The notes under the pieces were generated by a model, which was not told the DNA's origin, made no database searches, and was given only the letters and a program-made list of their open reading frames with translations. Made by a program: the position numbers and the translations under genes. From contig NW_024704742.1 of NCBI RefSeq assembly GCF_018977255.1, positions 65,040,001-65,104,000 on the forward strand: 64,000 bases of DNA, read 5' to 3'. Shown piece after piece: positions 11,163 through 62,387 of this stretch. The stretch's first letter is position 1, and each line of letters opens with the position of its first letter. This DNA is from Callorhinchus milii (lineage: Eukaryota).

Positions 11163-14100
11163 GCTGAAGTGAATAAGAATTCACCCCGGAACTCTTGGAA
11201 TACTCTTTCTCTATCCCTCTGCCTTGCCCCTTCCTCCACCATCTTCAGGTCGCGCCTGAAGACCTTCCTATTCGACCGTTCCTACGGGCACCACCCCTCA
11301 CCCCAGTGTGGAATCGTGCTCCGTCACTGTTAAGCGCTCTAGGACGCTACCCTGGGTGAGGGCCGTTATATAATTGTCCGTTGTTGAGTGTCAGTCTAGA
11401 CTATAATCTTAGATCCCGAGCTTCAATGCATAACCTCCAGACCCCTCAGGCAACAATACTACAAATTGAGCCAGGCTTTTCCCAGAAAAGTGAGCCTCAA
11501 AGACAGGAAAACAGATTCCCAGATTAATTGGCTTCCTGCAACAACTAAGTACTTCAATTGACATTTTAAGCAACATATTTGGGAATTGTTGTTTCGCCAC
11601 TTGTTGGGAGAGAAAACACGCAATGTTTATTTCCGGTTGCTGAAATTCCTGTAATGTGGCAATTTGGATTGTACGTATTTTACCAGCAAAATTATCGTCA
11701 CTTTTCTTTCACCTCTTGGGCCAGGTTCCAAATTGAGCCTGACGAGTGGGGATGGAACTGGTACAGCAAGCCCTACCTCGAGAGTACTGTAGACATGTTT
11801 GGCTCAGGAGCCAGGTTATTGGATTCTAACATCCCTTTACAAAGTACGCCACCTTAGAGCCAGCTCAGACCCAAGCAGCCCACCTATCTTCACCCCCCAC
11901 ACTCCCACCCCACACACCTGTAGGACAGCCATCAGTTGGTGATTTAGTATCCGATGAGCACAATTCATCATAGGCAAAAGTATTCCTCTCAATAGGAAAA
12001 CATAGTTGAAGCAGCAGCTCAAAGGAGACAACCACCAACCATGTTTCAGGAACATAGCAATGTATAGCAATAGAAAAGACCACCTGACTGGCCTTAATGT
12101 AAAAATAATAATCTTTCACGCTCTTTCATTTATGTTCAATTAAATTATTTGTCAAATAGCTATTTAATCCCTCTTGTATTTGCTGGCACGTTCTTCCTCC
12201 ACTGTCTCCCTAAGTGGCATATTTACCACGTTTTGTCTTAAATTCAATAATCGGAACTTTCTGTCTGCCCTCTACTGAGCTCAGTTTTGTATCCTTTTAT
12301 TCAAATTTGACCATTTTAAAATTATTATTAGGGGTCAGTTTATCAGCTTTTGCATGGATCCCCGAGGCACCCTGCTAGTTTCATGTCAATATAACTCAAT
12401 TTAACTTGTCCTTTATTCTGATGGTGCAGATCATTTCTACATTTCAGAAGCTCCATTGCATATCATTCAGCCCGAGGACCAATCTCCTCAGTGGCACTGT
12501 ATCAAAACTTTTGGATTTAGCCGATTGTAGACTCTCGCAGGACCCCCCAAAGCATTCTGGGGTCCCCAAGCCTGGGCTCCCGCCAACCTGAGAATTATTA
12601 GAGATATTGTTCCAACAATCTATCTCTGGGATTTTCATGTGTAGGTGGGATGCGTGGAATTCTCAATTATTTACTCAACGAATTTCTGTAAGGTTTGGCA
12701 TGCACCAACTGCCTCCCGTAAAACCATACTAAGTCCCTCTCATATAATTCTATATTTCTCTAAGTTGCTTCATTTTTCCCTCCTTCAGAATGCTCTCCAA
12801 TTCCACCCTCAGCAGATGTTAGACCCAACGCCCAGCAGTTCCCTATTTTCACAGTTACAGTCCTTGTGCATAATTAGATATTGAACAAGCATTTCTGAAG
12901 TGAAATTAGTTGCAATTTATGTAACTGATTTGCAAACTAGACCAAAAGAAGGGAGGGGAGTGGGAAGCAATGCATTAACTAACACTACATAAAATTTCAA
13001 TTCCTTAAATGGTCTAGGCTGCTATTTAGTTTGCAGAATATGGTGTAAGGACAGTCTGTCACTCTAGACTTTGCAGCCAAATCTGAGAGAACCAATGGAA
13101 AATCTGACACCATGTATAAATCAAAGAAAAAAGCTTCAAGCACTGGAAGCTTGCTGTAAGTTAGATTTGTATTAGAATATGGCAATTTAAGTGCCAAAAT
13201 AGTGTGGTGTCTAACTTGTACACAAGAGCCAGTTCAAAGGCCAACATATATCATGAATTATGAAACCAAATGCTAATTTTCTTAACCTCCATTCTGAGTC
13301 ACCATTTTTTTGAAAAAATCTTTTTCTTCTCATATATGGAACAATTTACTCAGGTTGTCACAGACGCCCCCTCCTTTCCTCCCCTCCCCCAAAAAAACTT
13401 TCTTCAAAAATTCTCAACTGAAAGAGAAGTAGGCTGGACAATTGTGACCACAAAAAGGCTGTCAGGCTCTTTTCTACTCCACTTTAGGAAGTGTCTTACT
13501 GAAAATAGCAGATGCCTTAAATTCCGCATAATGGACTGCTTTCTCCCTACTTCACTACCCGCTGTCTCAACTCGGCTGGCTCTGGCCTCCTGCTTATCTC
13601 TCATGCCATCCACTACAACATTGGCAGCTGTGCTTTCAGCCGCTGCACCCCGTAACTCTCTCCCTTGTCCCTCCACCTTGTCCCCTTTCAGATCGTGCTG
13701 TTTCTCTTCGACCGTGCTTACGTCACTTCCCCCCCCGCACCCCCAGCTCGGTGTTAGGCTCCGCCACTGTTACGTGCTCCAAGACGCTGCTCTGGCTGAA
13801 GGGAGCTATATTAATGCAAGTTGTTGTTAAGCGTAGCTTTAATTGTACCATCTGTTTTAAAATCAAGGTCAAGCACAATTGTTGAAGATTCTTAAANTTT
13901 TTCTTAATTTGGAAGTAGGTTTTACACAATTAAGACTGAACTCAATCATTTTTGACAATTCTGTCAATCTTAACATTTTAGAACAGGTCTTATACATTAA
14001 GATTTGGTGAAATTTTGGGTCTCGGAAGATTGTTTTTAATTGATCTGTAATGAAACAATTAATGTTCTGCAGTACATCTCTTAGCATTTACTGCCAAAAC

Positions 14101-14179
14101 AGTCTTCTCAAAATGTAATTATTCAGGAAAATTCAATACAGTGCAATTCATTCTTACCGGATTTAGATGCATTTTCGTG

Positions 14180-14745
14180 TCATTGGTCAGATCCCATCTG
14201 AAGTACTGTGTTCGGTTTAGGGCAACGCACCTCAGGAAGGATACATTGGCCTTGGAGGGGGTGCAGCGCAGATTCACCATAGTGATACCAGGGCTTAAAG
14301 GGTTAAATTAAGAGCTCAAGTACGACAGGCTGCATAAGCTTGGTCTCTATTCCCTTGAGTTTAGAAGCTTGAGGGATGATCTCATTGAGGTTTTTTTTAA
14401 CAATAAAGGAATCGATAGGGTAACTACAGATAAACTATTGCCTCCCACGGGGGAATCCAGAACAAGGGGCATAATCTTAAAATTAGAGCTTGGCCATTTA
14501 GGAGTGAAATTAGGAAGCAGTTTTTCATTCAAGGGTAGTGGAAATCTGGAACTCTCTCCCCCAAAAAGCTGTGGATGCTGCATTCACATTTTCAAAACTA
14601 AGGTGGTTAGATTTCTGTGAGGTCAGTGTATTAAGGGATATGGGGCAAGGGCAGTTAATTGGAGTTGAGGTACAGATCAGCCATGATCTTATTGAATGGT
14701 GGAACAGGCTCGAGGGGTTGAATGGCCTACTCCTGTTCCTATGTC
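14180..14745 (+). mobile_element. CR1 LINE 3' fragment
   Basis: LVR.HL.YCV.F, LRDDLIEVF, GESRTRG and WNSLPQKAV motifs, CR1 tail. Confidence 0.88.
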
Positions 14746-14849
14746 ATCAACCTCTTAAACAAAATAGTTGGTTGGTAACTTGACAAGTGCTTCTGTTGTA
14801 CGGAGAGACTCGGGGGGGCGGTGGGGGCGGGAGTTAGCGGGGATCAGCT

Positions 14850-15412
14850 TCAAGGTGACATGCCTGGCAATGGAATGTCAGAATGAAGCCAGCCCTCTGT
14901 GGTGGTCTCTAGTCTGGTTCCTGAACCAGGTGGGTCCGCAGTATTCCAGGGCAGAGCTATTGACAGTACAGTCAGCCTGGCTCAGCGGCAGGACCTGGAA
15001 GGGCAGACCAGTCACTGGGGACAGGGAGTCATCCCACTCAGCTCCTGTTAACGCTGCAAGCTAAAGCCCTAATGGGTAGGGTGGTCGGAGCTGGACAAAC
15101 AGTGGGAAATATCAAAAAACAGCAATATCAATGGCAAGCTATGTGATTTTAGCTGGTTAGATTCCATCAGTTACCCCAACACACACTCTGACGTCCCCAA
15201 GCCTTGGCTCTTGCCAACCTGCGTCTACGTCTTTCCGGAATTAGGTAAACAGGATGTGTCCCTCCAGGGAGAGAGTGTGCATTCCATTCCAAAATCTATC
15301 TCTGGGATTTCCATGTGTACGTGGGATGCGTGGAAATCTCAGCTTGGTTTGGATTAAGCATGGTGCTGGGTTTCCACGTGGGTCAGATATCAGGCTGATC
15401 AAAGAAAAAAAA
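14850..15412 (+). repeat. Unclassified dispersed repeat, longest copy (others at ~12550-12665, ~16105-16465, ~20704-20936, inverted fragment ~7240-7295)
   Basis: Shared CCCCAAGCCTTGG..GCCAACCTG..ATTCCATTCCAA..GGGTTTCC blocks; common 3' end with A-rich tail. Confidence 0.8.
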
Positions 15413-15654
15413 TTGTAAGGAGAGACAGGCCATCATGTGGTGATTGCCTGGTAAAATATATTGGAAAGAGATATACTGGAGACTAAGTTTCATTGCCAAT
15501 ATCTGAGGTATATCCGGTGTAATTGAACTGGATTTCAAAATAAACAGTGCAAAGATCTCTATGTGAAAAATGTGGTCTATTAAATGGATGGTTTCAACAG
15601 TACTCAACTCCCACCCAGACGGGGACAGTATACCTATGGTTAGATATACCTTCT

Positions 15655-15840
15655 TAGCCTCCTTCAAGTCCCGCCTCAAGACCCTCCTCTTCGACCATGC
15701 CATCGGCCACCCCCTTTCCCCTACCCTCCCTTACCCCCCCAACCCCAGCTCGGGTCTGAAATGCTGTACTCTGTCCAGCGCCTTGAGAAGTCCCCCCGAC
15801 GTGAAAGGCGCTATACAAATGTAATCTTGTTGTTGTTGTA
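15655..15840 (+). mobile_element. L2 LINE 3' end
   Basis: FKSRLKTLLFDH; very similar to 850-1025. Confidence 0.88.
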
Positions 15841-18364
15841 GGTGGTACACTTCTCCCCTAAAGTTGTCACTAGTTCCCAGAAAGACTATGCACAATTGAA
15901 GAATACATCAATAAATAAGGCTCTGCATTGAATCCCATGGTTGTCTTGAGTTGCGTGTTCTCAAATAAAGAGTGCAAATCAGTGAGGGTTCCCTCTCCTG
16001 ATCACTATTTGGTGACTTTCTGCTTAACATTCCGGTTATCAAGCAATAATGCCAGCAACCTCCTTCGTGTATTCTTGCATTCTGCACCATCTTTTAAGGG
16101 GAGCCTAGTGACAAGTGGACTCTTCTCACTCAGCTCCCATTAACCCTGCAAGCCAAAGCCCTAACGGGTATGGCAGTCCTTGCTGGATAAACAGCGAGAA
16201 AGCTTGCAGGCAGTGTTATCAATGGCAACTTACGTGGTATTAGCTGGTTAGGGGTCCCCAAGCCTTGGTTTTTGCCAACCTGTACCTAGTATTTTCCGGA
16301 ATTAGGTAACCAGAATGTGTTCCTCCAGGGAAAGTGTGGATTCCATTCCAACAATCTGTCACAGGGTTTTCCATGTGTAGGTGGGATACATGGAATTCTC
16401 AGCTTGGTTTGGATACTCTTAAGCATGGGGATGGGTTTCCACATGCATCAGCCTGAGCAACAAAATTAAGGCAATAAGGCTCTCCTTCTCTCAGTCAAAA
16501 AGCCTGGTGGCACTCACTGTACAGGTACACTCATCAACCTAGAGAGGGGCAGTTGGCTGCGGAATCTATACAGCATGAATCATTGCCTTTAGTGGGGGGG
16601 AAAGACAAAGGGGAAAATACGTATGGCAATTTAGAAAAGCAAATTACATTTTAGTATTTTTGCTAAAATTTTCCAACATATTGTTAAATTTGATAATTCA
16701 TTGCCTTCCTGAAATATTGGCCATTTGCAGAGAAAATGAAAGACATGGCACTCGTAATTAACACAACAGTGACATCTGTCCTACATCATGTGATTGGCAC
16801 TGTAGTAATAACAATTTAATTGTGCAAATTCCAAATAATAGAGTTCAATCACTAAATATATCTACACACCCAACTGTACAACAAGAACTGTTGCACAATG
16901 ACTTGACTTGAAAAAATTGCTGCTTTGCATTGCCATCAAGTGGCAGAAACTGGCAACACCAGCATTGATGTAACAGCAATGAGGTTACTGGGAAATGGAG
17001 AAATTACCAAGTACAGTATTTCCTTTTTGTAACAATGTCAAACAGGTTACAATTTGAAAAAAGGGAGTTTCTCCCAGTGCCCTGGTCAACAATTCCCTAA
17101 ATACAACTGGTCAATCACTTCACAGCTGTGTGTGGGACACTGTTGTGGGCAAATTGGCCGCCACATTCACCTACAAAATACAGTTACTAATTTATACTAA
17201 ATTCTGTGAAACACTTTGAGATGTCTGAATGACTGAAGGAGCTATATCAAATGCAAGATTATTAAAATAAAATCTAAATCACTGGAGTAGAACACCTGGA
17301 TAAATCACATACCACTTTCACAACATGAAATATTATATTTTTACAGTGCAATGTGCTTTGATGCAAAATATCTCCTCTCCAAATATTCAATGTTTTCAAT
17401 GGGGTTATTATGGTTCAGCCATCTGCAGTCAACATGTTGAAAATTTTCCACTTCCATCATGGCTCAAATGTGTGTGATTTTCTGATTCCTGGGGCCTATG
17501 TGATGATGCTTTGAAGTTATTGAAAGCTACAAGCCAAACCTGACTGGAAACAGTAAAATTAAAGAACTGTAAGAAATATGCAGAAAAAAAAGGAGTGCTT
17601 TTACAATAAACTATTCCCTAGGAAAAAAAATTCTATACCCATTGTCAACAACAACAAATTACATTTGTACAGAACCTTTCATGACATCCCAAGACATTGG
17701 ACAGTCAAGGGGGTGGAGGGCAGAGAGGGTAGGGGTAGGAGGGTGACAGAAGGCACATTTGAAGACGAGGGTCTTGAGGCAGGCCGAGAAGGAAGCAAGG
17801 GAGGGGGCAAGTCAATGGGACAGTGAGATGGAGAAGGCCGGAGCCCCTGAGTAGAGGAAGTGGATAGGTCTGTATGGAGTTAGGTCACAAAGATAAAGAG
17901 CAAGGCAATGGAGCTGCTTTGAAAGCAAGGAGGATTTTGAACTCTATCCTCTGGGGAATAGTGAATGAGTGGAACCAGGCAAGGATGGGGGGTGATAGAT
18001 TCATGGAGCTTGGTGCGAATCACCAATTTTGTCATACCCGGAGCGAGTCTGATCAAATGGATAACACCACATCCTGCGGGTGAATGCAGGGGCTGAAGCT
18101 TTGAGATGCTCCCTGGAAGCCAATCTGAAGGCATCCAACATCTGTCTGGCTTTTATGTCAGCAAACAGGCCAGTCAAAAGCTGTCCTTTGGTCGGGATTG
18201 AAACAGTCCAGCCTGTACATGAAGGCAATTCCCCTAACCTCAACTACTCTAAATTTATCAGGAGAGTTCCATGTGAGAAACCTAAAATGGCAAGTCTATA
18301 TGAGAGGGAAAGCGAGGAACAAAACCAGTTAAATCTTGTTTTGTGTTTAAACCTTACATATAAG

Positions 18365-18730
18365 GGGAATTCTGTAACTCAGTGGTTAGAGCACTCGCCT
18401 CGCAAGCAAGAGAACCTGGGTTCAATTCCCGGCAATGTGAAACGTTGGGCAAGGTTCCTTACTCCACATGCCCCTGTTTACCTAGCAGTAAGTAGGAACC
18501 CAGTTGTCAGTCGATTGGCAATCACTTTTCCGGGGGTGATTTTTTCCCTTAAAAAAAATTTGATCACTCGATCCACCACAGTTTGTGGACAATGCTGTGC
18601 GCAATTGGCTGCCGTATTTTGCCCACAAACTATACAATCAATTTACTTTACAGTATATCCTGTGAAGCGCTTTGAAACTTATCGAAGACATGATAAGGCG
18701 CTATATCAAATGCAAGGATTATTATTCTTA
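18365..18730 (+). mobile_element. tRNA-derived SINE, full length, long subfamily
   Basis: A/B boxes, complete central segment CCCTGTTTACCTAGCAGTAAGTAGGAACC, tail. Confidence 0.92.
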
Positions 18731-19089
18731 TTCTCGAAGACGCGATGAGCCGCTATGTCAAATGAAAGGATTATTTATTATAAAAATAATTCACCGAGGA
18801 TTTCCTTCTTTATATATTGGTTCCAGACATGGTCCATAGACCAGCCTTTGAACTGGAGTTAACTGAAAGGCAATAACTATTGATGGGTTTAAACTAGAAT
18901 CAGTGATACTCAACAGTTGAACTCAAGTCTTTCTTCAGATATGAAAAGTTCACCAAGTCATCCTTACAAGAACATACACAAAGCACAAAGCAAAAAGATT
19001 GAAATTTGCTGTGAATGGATGTTCAGGCCAGAGAGAAAAAGGCAAAACAGACGGATATCTTTCTGCCATACTACTATATTCCATCTTTC

Positions 19090-19898
19090 AAAAAGAAAGA
19101 CATGATTTTTAATATTACTTAACAATATGTTAAAAAAGTAGCCAGTTAGGCTTCAGTGTTAATACAGTTATACACTCTATAACAGATCCATAGTGTGAGT
19201 ATTGTTCTTTTGAAATCATTCTGCAGGTATTCTTACACAAGCTGGCTACAAGTCAGAAATCAAACACAATATAGCGTAACTTGTACACTTTAAACAGTGA
19301 ATTTGAGAAGGAGTCTGGAGGCAACTGGATTTCATCGAGTCCAGCCTGAGCTTTTCCTTCATCAAACCTTTTGTTGGGGAATGCTGGAGGCGAGGGGGTG
19401 GGAGGAATAAAAATGACGAAGTCCATTCCCTTGTCAGTAGTCGGATTGTATGTACAGTGCTGAACGCAGAAGTGAATAAAAAGATGCAGCTGATGATGCA
19501 AGGAGGGAATACACTGACCTTCACCCAAGTTAAAGGTTGGGAAGAACACTGGGCCATGAGGAGCAGAAGAGTCAGAGACAAAAGTTGCTGGAGCTCCAAC
19601 CCAACCCTAGCAGGTTATGGCTACTGTCAAACAAGTCCCACTCACAGACTACAAACACACAAGCAAACAAAATCGGGTAAGGAAGTGGCTAACAGCCAGC
19701 CACTCGCTCTCCAAACTGCAAGAACATCAGGGCCAAGGTGCTCTGCACCTATGCCAGTGCAGAACCACACAGCAGTGGAAAAAAGGCAAGGCAGGTCCAG
19801 ATCAACAACCTGGTTAGCTCTCAGCCCAGCAGAGTATATCCGATTGAAAATGTTTCAGCAGAGTCACAGTAGGTTCCTGCAGGAACGTTTCAGTCTGA
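19090..19898 (-). other. FAM193A: Probable FAM193A 3' UTR with candidate poly(A) signal ATTAAA at 19108-19113
   Basis: Repeat-free sequence after the stop; ATTAAA followed by a U-rich tract on the minus strand; the end point is inferred. Confidence 0.5.
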
Positions 19899-57578
<37,680 letters not shown>

Positions 57579-58956
57579 CTGCAAAATACAGACAATACAG
57601 TGAAGTGATGGAACCAAACAACATTTCAAATGTATTCAGTCTAGGAACTGGAAGATACCATGCAAAAGTTGAATTCTGTTACATATAACCCCCCCCACAC
57701 ACACAAAATGCTGCTTATTCAACAGATGTTATTTGATGTTAAGGCTAAAAATATTTTTACTTAAGATTTAGTTTCCCTACTTTATCATTCAGCCTGTTAA
57801 TATCCCACAATGGGCCAAAAATAGCCTTTATGCGTGCAAATTGAATTAAGTCCATTGATAAGAGATGAGAAATCTGCTGAGTTTTCTGGCTTCAACAGCA
57901 GAAGGGTTATCATGAGAAAGAAAAGGGCAGGAGGTTGGGAAAAAATTCAGAGTAATCAGAATATGAAATACTTTACTACAAATGCCTGATAAAACAGTCA
58001 ACTTAAAAGTGAATTGGATAAATACTTCAAGAAAAAGATTCAATGGCAAAGGAAAAGGATTGTAGCAGTTTTATGTATCCAGAGTCAAGCAACATTTCTG
58101 TTGTAGAATAATGATCATTTTTGTAGGTCTTCCTATTGGTGAGTTTTACAATTGCGCTATATGCAGCACATTGTTACCTCGGTTGGAACAAGTGTTACCT
58201 TGAAGGTTCCAACAATATTAGGATAAATCATCTTCAGCTAAAAGATAGCATTAAAGTAAACCAATGCCGTGGCATTTTTCCAATTAAAATGCACCCTCAT
58301 TAGCCAAAACTCATTTTCATTATTTAAATCATACTGTAGTTCCATGAAAGTTTAACTAGAGATTCATTATGTTAACTACATAATCAAAGAGGTGCTCACT
58401 GGACGCAAACTGAAGCTCTAGTAAAATGTACAGTTAGAAAGCACATGTCAGATAGTCGTTCTTTAGCAAATACTGCTGTACTACATTTCCAAATCCTGAA
58501 TCAATATTGGTTATTTATTAGTACACCAACACAGATAAAACAGGAATGCTGTCAGGCAGATTGAATGAAATGAAATCCTTTTTGAACTAGAAAGACAAAA
58601 TATAAAATGTTCTATTTGTGGTCAGGTGAAGTATTCAGAAAGCCATACTTGACCTTAGGACAAGTGCCAAAAAAAAGACAGAAAGTCTGCTTTGCGTATG
58701 AAGCATATATATTATATATAGACATATAATATATTATACATATAGTATAGATATATATATTTACTATAACAATATAATATATATGTGCAAGTATATAGTT
58801 TTACAGTCACTGCACTCATATCCAAATCTAAAGATTCTCTCAGATTGTAATGTAATAGTTACATCCAAGAGTAAATTAAAGGACTTTTACCAAAGATGAG
58901 TTTAATTTGCTCTCCTCACATATACACTAACATGTCAATGCTTCAAATATTTATAA

Positions 58957-59619
58957 CAAGCTGTACCCGTTGCAGCTCTGCTTGCAACCAAAGGACCCAA
59001 TATGTAATGTTGATTAACATACAGACAGACACACAAACAGACATTTCATCTTATCTATACTCATCTGGGAAGACTCCTGTGGGAGGACTCCTTTTGGGAG
59101 GACTCAGTGGGAGGACTTGGTGCTTTAAAAATGTAATTTTGTTGTTGCTGTGGCTTAGCTTCGTCTGTGTTCCTTCTTTTGTTCCCACCGCTTGGCTACG
59201 TGAGAGCTCTGTGACGCAGGATGCTACAGTGCGACGTTCAGCTGGCGCAGCCACCAGGTTTAACTGCAGTGCATGTGTATATACGTACGTGCTCTGTTAC
59301 GTACAATGCCACAGCACCATGGCCAGCCAGCGTGGCCACTAGGTGTAACTGCAGTGTGTGCGTACATACGTAGATGCTCTGTGACGCACGATGCCACAGC
59401 GCCACTTTGACTTGGCGGCCACCAGGTGTAACTGCAGCAAAAAACGCAAAACTGAAAGTAACTCATGAACGATAAGAGATACCCGAAAACAAATATGCCC
59501 ATGTCACTCCTAGATGCAAGACCTTTACGGTGAGGTATAAATTACGTCTCTACGTCAATTGCTTATTGAGATCCTTCTTGAAGCGCAGAAAGACATTGTC
59601 ATTTTACTAGTATAAAAGA
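58957..59619 (-). mobile_element. Probable non-autonomous Helitron
   Basis: Minus strand: A|TCTTTTATACTAGTAAAA 5' end; 3' hairpin GTTGCA..TGCAAC then GGGTACAGCTTG|T; no TSD; internal tandem array. Confidence 0.6.
59206..59437 (+). repeat. 85-bp tandem repeat, ~2.7 units
   Basis: Unit starts GCTCTGT at 59206, 59291 and 59376. Confidence 0.92.
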
Positions 59620-61224
59620 TAATGCCATACAAGTTCACCCACAAAATATACTGTGAATTCACTTTACAGTATATTCTGTGAAGCGCTTTTTGAGATGTGT
59701 CAACAATGTGATAAGGCGCTTTATCAAATGCAAGGATTATTATTACAATACAAATTTACATAGTATCTTTCAAGTTGGGAGGATGTCATTTCAATGTAAT
59801 AATTGTATTTGCTGATATACTATTTGATATAGTGCCTTATCACATCATCAAGGTGACTCAAATCTTCACAGAATTTACTATAATGTGTAATGACTGTATA
59901 TATGTAGGCAAACATGGCAGCCAAATTGGACACAGCAATGTCCCACAAGCAGCCATGAAGTGAAAGATCAATTATATCTGGGAGATTGTTGGCCAGGTCC
60001 CCAGTAGAAACTCCCTTCTCTTTTTGAATATTATGGGATCTTTGACATCCATCTAAACATGAAGACCTTGGCTTAACCTCTCATCCGGGTGACAGCACCG
60101 CAGAGAGCTTCTGTAGCACCTCAATCTAGACTGAGCTCAAAGTTCTGCTGGAATCCACAACTTTATGACTCGGAAGTTAGTTACTAACTAAGCTAGATTT
60201 TGACAATTTCACCCACACATATAATGTGGGTGAAACATTATATTTCATTATAAGAACACATTAATGAAAAGGTGCTATACAAATGTAATTTTGTTGTTGT
60301 CTGCATCATCTATTAGGATGAGTTGGGGATAAAAGGTGGTATTTTGCACATTGTGCAATAGAAAACTAGTTATCTGTCTGCCAATTTTCCGTATGGGGCT
60401 CTGTTGCGGAAGCTGAACAAGAAATTGCAATAACCGGCAAATAAAATCTGTTTATGTACTTAAGAGAAGCTACGCACGTATGTCGTAAGAATGTGAATTG
60501 TGCATGAACACCTCATGTACGCGCACAGCCTGTACTGCTAATAGGGACGTTATTGCTATTTGAAAGTTAGGTTTTTTTATATTTACAAAGTTTATATTTT
60601 TTCTGTGTTGTCTTTCTGTGTTTCCCCCCAAAAATACAGTCAATTCACTTTACAGTATATTCTGCGGGGCACTTCAGACGTCTCAAAGACGTGATAAGGC
60701 GCTATATCAAATGCAAGGATTATTATTATTAAAGAGAGAAGTGAGAGGGAAGAAAAATAGGAGAGGTGGGGCAGAAGAAAGAGAGGCAAAAACGGAAGAG
60801 AGATCCCATGGCATTATGTGAAAGAAAATGATGTTTCCCCTGGTGTCATGGCCAAGAGAACTTCATGGTTGTTTGTGGAACACTGCTGTTCACAATCTGG
60901 CTGTGTATTTGCCTATCAAGTACAACCACTAAGATTTACAGACTGCTTCCAGACATCTTTACAATGTGAAACACGCTATATTAAATACAAGGATTATTAT
61001 TACCTTCCCTCCCTCTGACCCCCAATCTCAGGCTGTCAGCTGGGTGAAGCGCTTTGACGCGTCCTTTTAACGTGAAATGTGGGTTACGGTAAATATACAT
61101 TGTTTTTATGTTGTTGTTATGTACACCATTCCCAATTGTAAACATCATCAACTAAAAGCAGCATTTAATGGATGAATTAGATAAATTGCCAAATCTGCAC
61201 CTAGTGAAAACTTGTGTGCACCGC

Positions 61225-61530
61225 TGCTGTGCCAATCCTCAAATACACTGGTCTGCCACCCAGCACACAATTCTGGCAGCGTTGTCATCACATTTGTCTA
61301 ATACACTGGTGATGTATTATTGCACAGCACATGATGCCAGCATTGCTGCTGTGCACAGCCATCACCAATATGGTGCCAAGTCTGAAATAAACTGGTATAC
61401 CCACAGCCAGCACCATTACTGTGCCAAGTCTGAAATAAATTGGTGTACCACACATATTGTACCATTACTGTGTCAGGTCTGAAATGCTATGCCAAGTCTG
61501 ATATACACTGAAGCACTGCCAAGTTTAGTA
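61225..61530 (+). repeat. Degenerate 48-49-bp tandem repeat
   Basis: GTGCCAAGTCTGAAATAAA at 61373 and 61421, variant at 61470. Confidence 0.8.
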
Positions 61531-62387
61531 TTTCATCACCAGCAGTTGCAAATATACTGGTGAATTACACAACGCACCTGCTTATTCAGTTGATCCAAAT
61601 GCATATTATTATAACCACACCTACAGTATGGACTATTTTGAGTTTAAGAAATCTGCTAACAGCAGAATATCACAGGTTGCAATCTTAGACAGGACCTTCC
61701 TACAGGATCATACTGATGTTTAACTGTGCACCTGATCTTGTTGAACATTTATTTTAATTTCAACTCCCAAGTTATTTTTAGGCCATGGTTTCAACCATCA
61801 ATGTATTGTATTTACAAGGTAACTTGGACACAAACACTAGAGTGCAGTACAACTTTGATTTATAATATTGATGTTCGACCAGGGAAAGTCGTGTATGAGA
61901 ACCTCTTCATTGCTTTAACATCTCAGATGTTGCAATTTAAATAAACATCAAATGTTAACACCTCCTAATATGAAATGGGAAACAAAAACAAAAAATGGAC
62001 AAAAAGTGTCAAAAAGGGAGTGTCAAATACTGTGATTTTCGGAGTGCAGAGTAAACTCAAAAAATATTTGGACCGAATACTTTCGATAAGAGAATTCTAA
62101 AGGTTTTGATTACGACATCTATTTTGTGTAAAAAATATGAAAAAATTGAAGCTTCTGTTCACTTTTACAGTTGCTGAAATTACAACAAACATGTCCTTCC
62201 ACATGAACTGCCATGACTCTTAGCATCAGTGTGACTTAGCTGGCAACACTCTTAACTCTGGGTCAGAACATCATGGTGATACATAAATAAAGCTGTAGGG
62301 AACGTTTTGTTGCTTTGTGACCTCAAAACAAAGCCAATGTTGCTTCAATATTGGTTCACGGAAAAGAAAAATACCCAATGACACTAT

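Noticed and set aside
13270..13830. 186-aa ORF
   Set aside because: No recognisable homology; ends in an L2 tail; no supporting splice structure
13897..13897. Single N base
   Set aside because: Assembly ambiguity
18080..18748. 222-aa plus-strand ORF
   Set aside because: More than half is read-through of a SINE; no recognisable protein
1..19000. A second protein-coding gene downstream of FAM193A
   Set aside because: No phase-consistent exon chain or recognisable protein found; ORFs are repeat-derived or featureless
59206..59437. CRISPR-like repeat/spacer appearance
   Set aside because: Vertebrate intron, imperfect repeats, related middles, no cas genes
60207..60235. Perfect 11-bp hairpin TTTCACCCACA/TGTGGGTGAAA
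   Set aside because: Too short for a miRNA precursor and the arm matches a SINE-body motif; likely a local inversion
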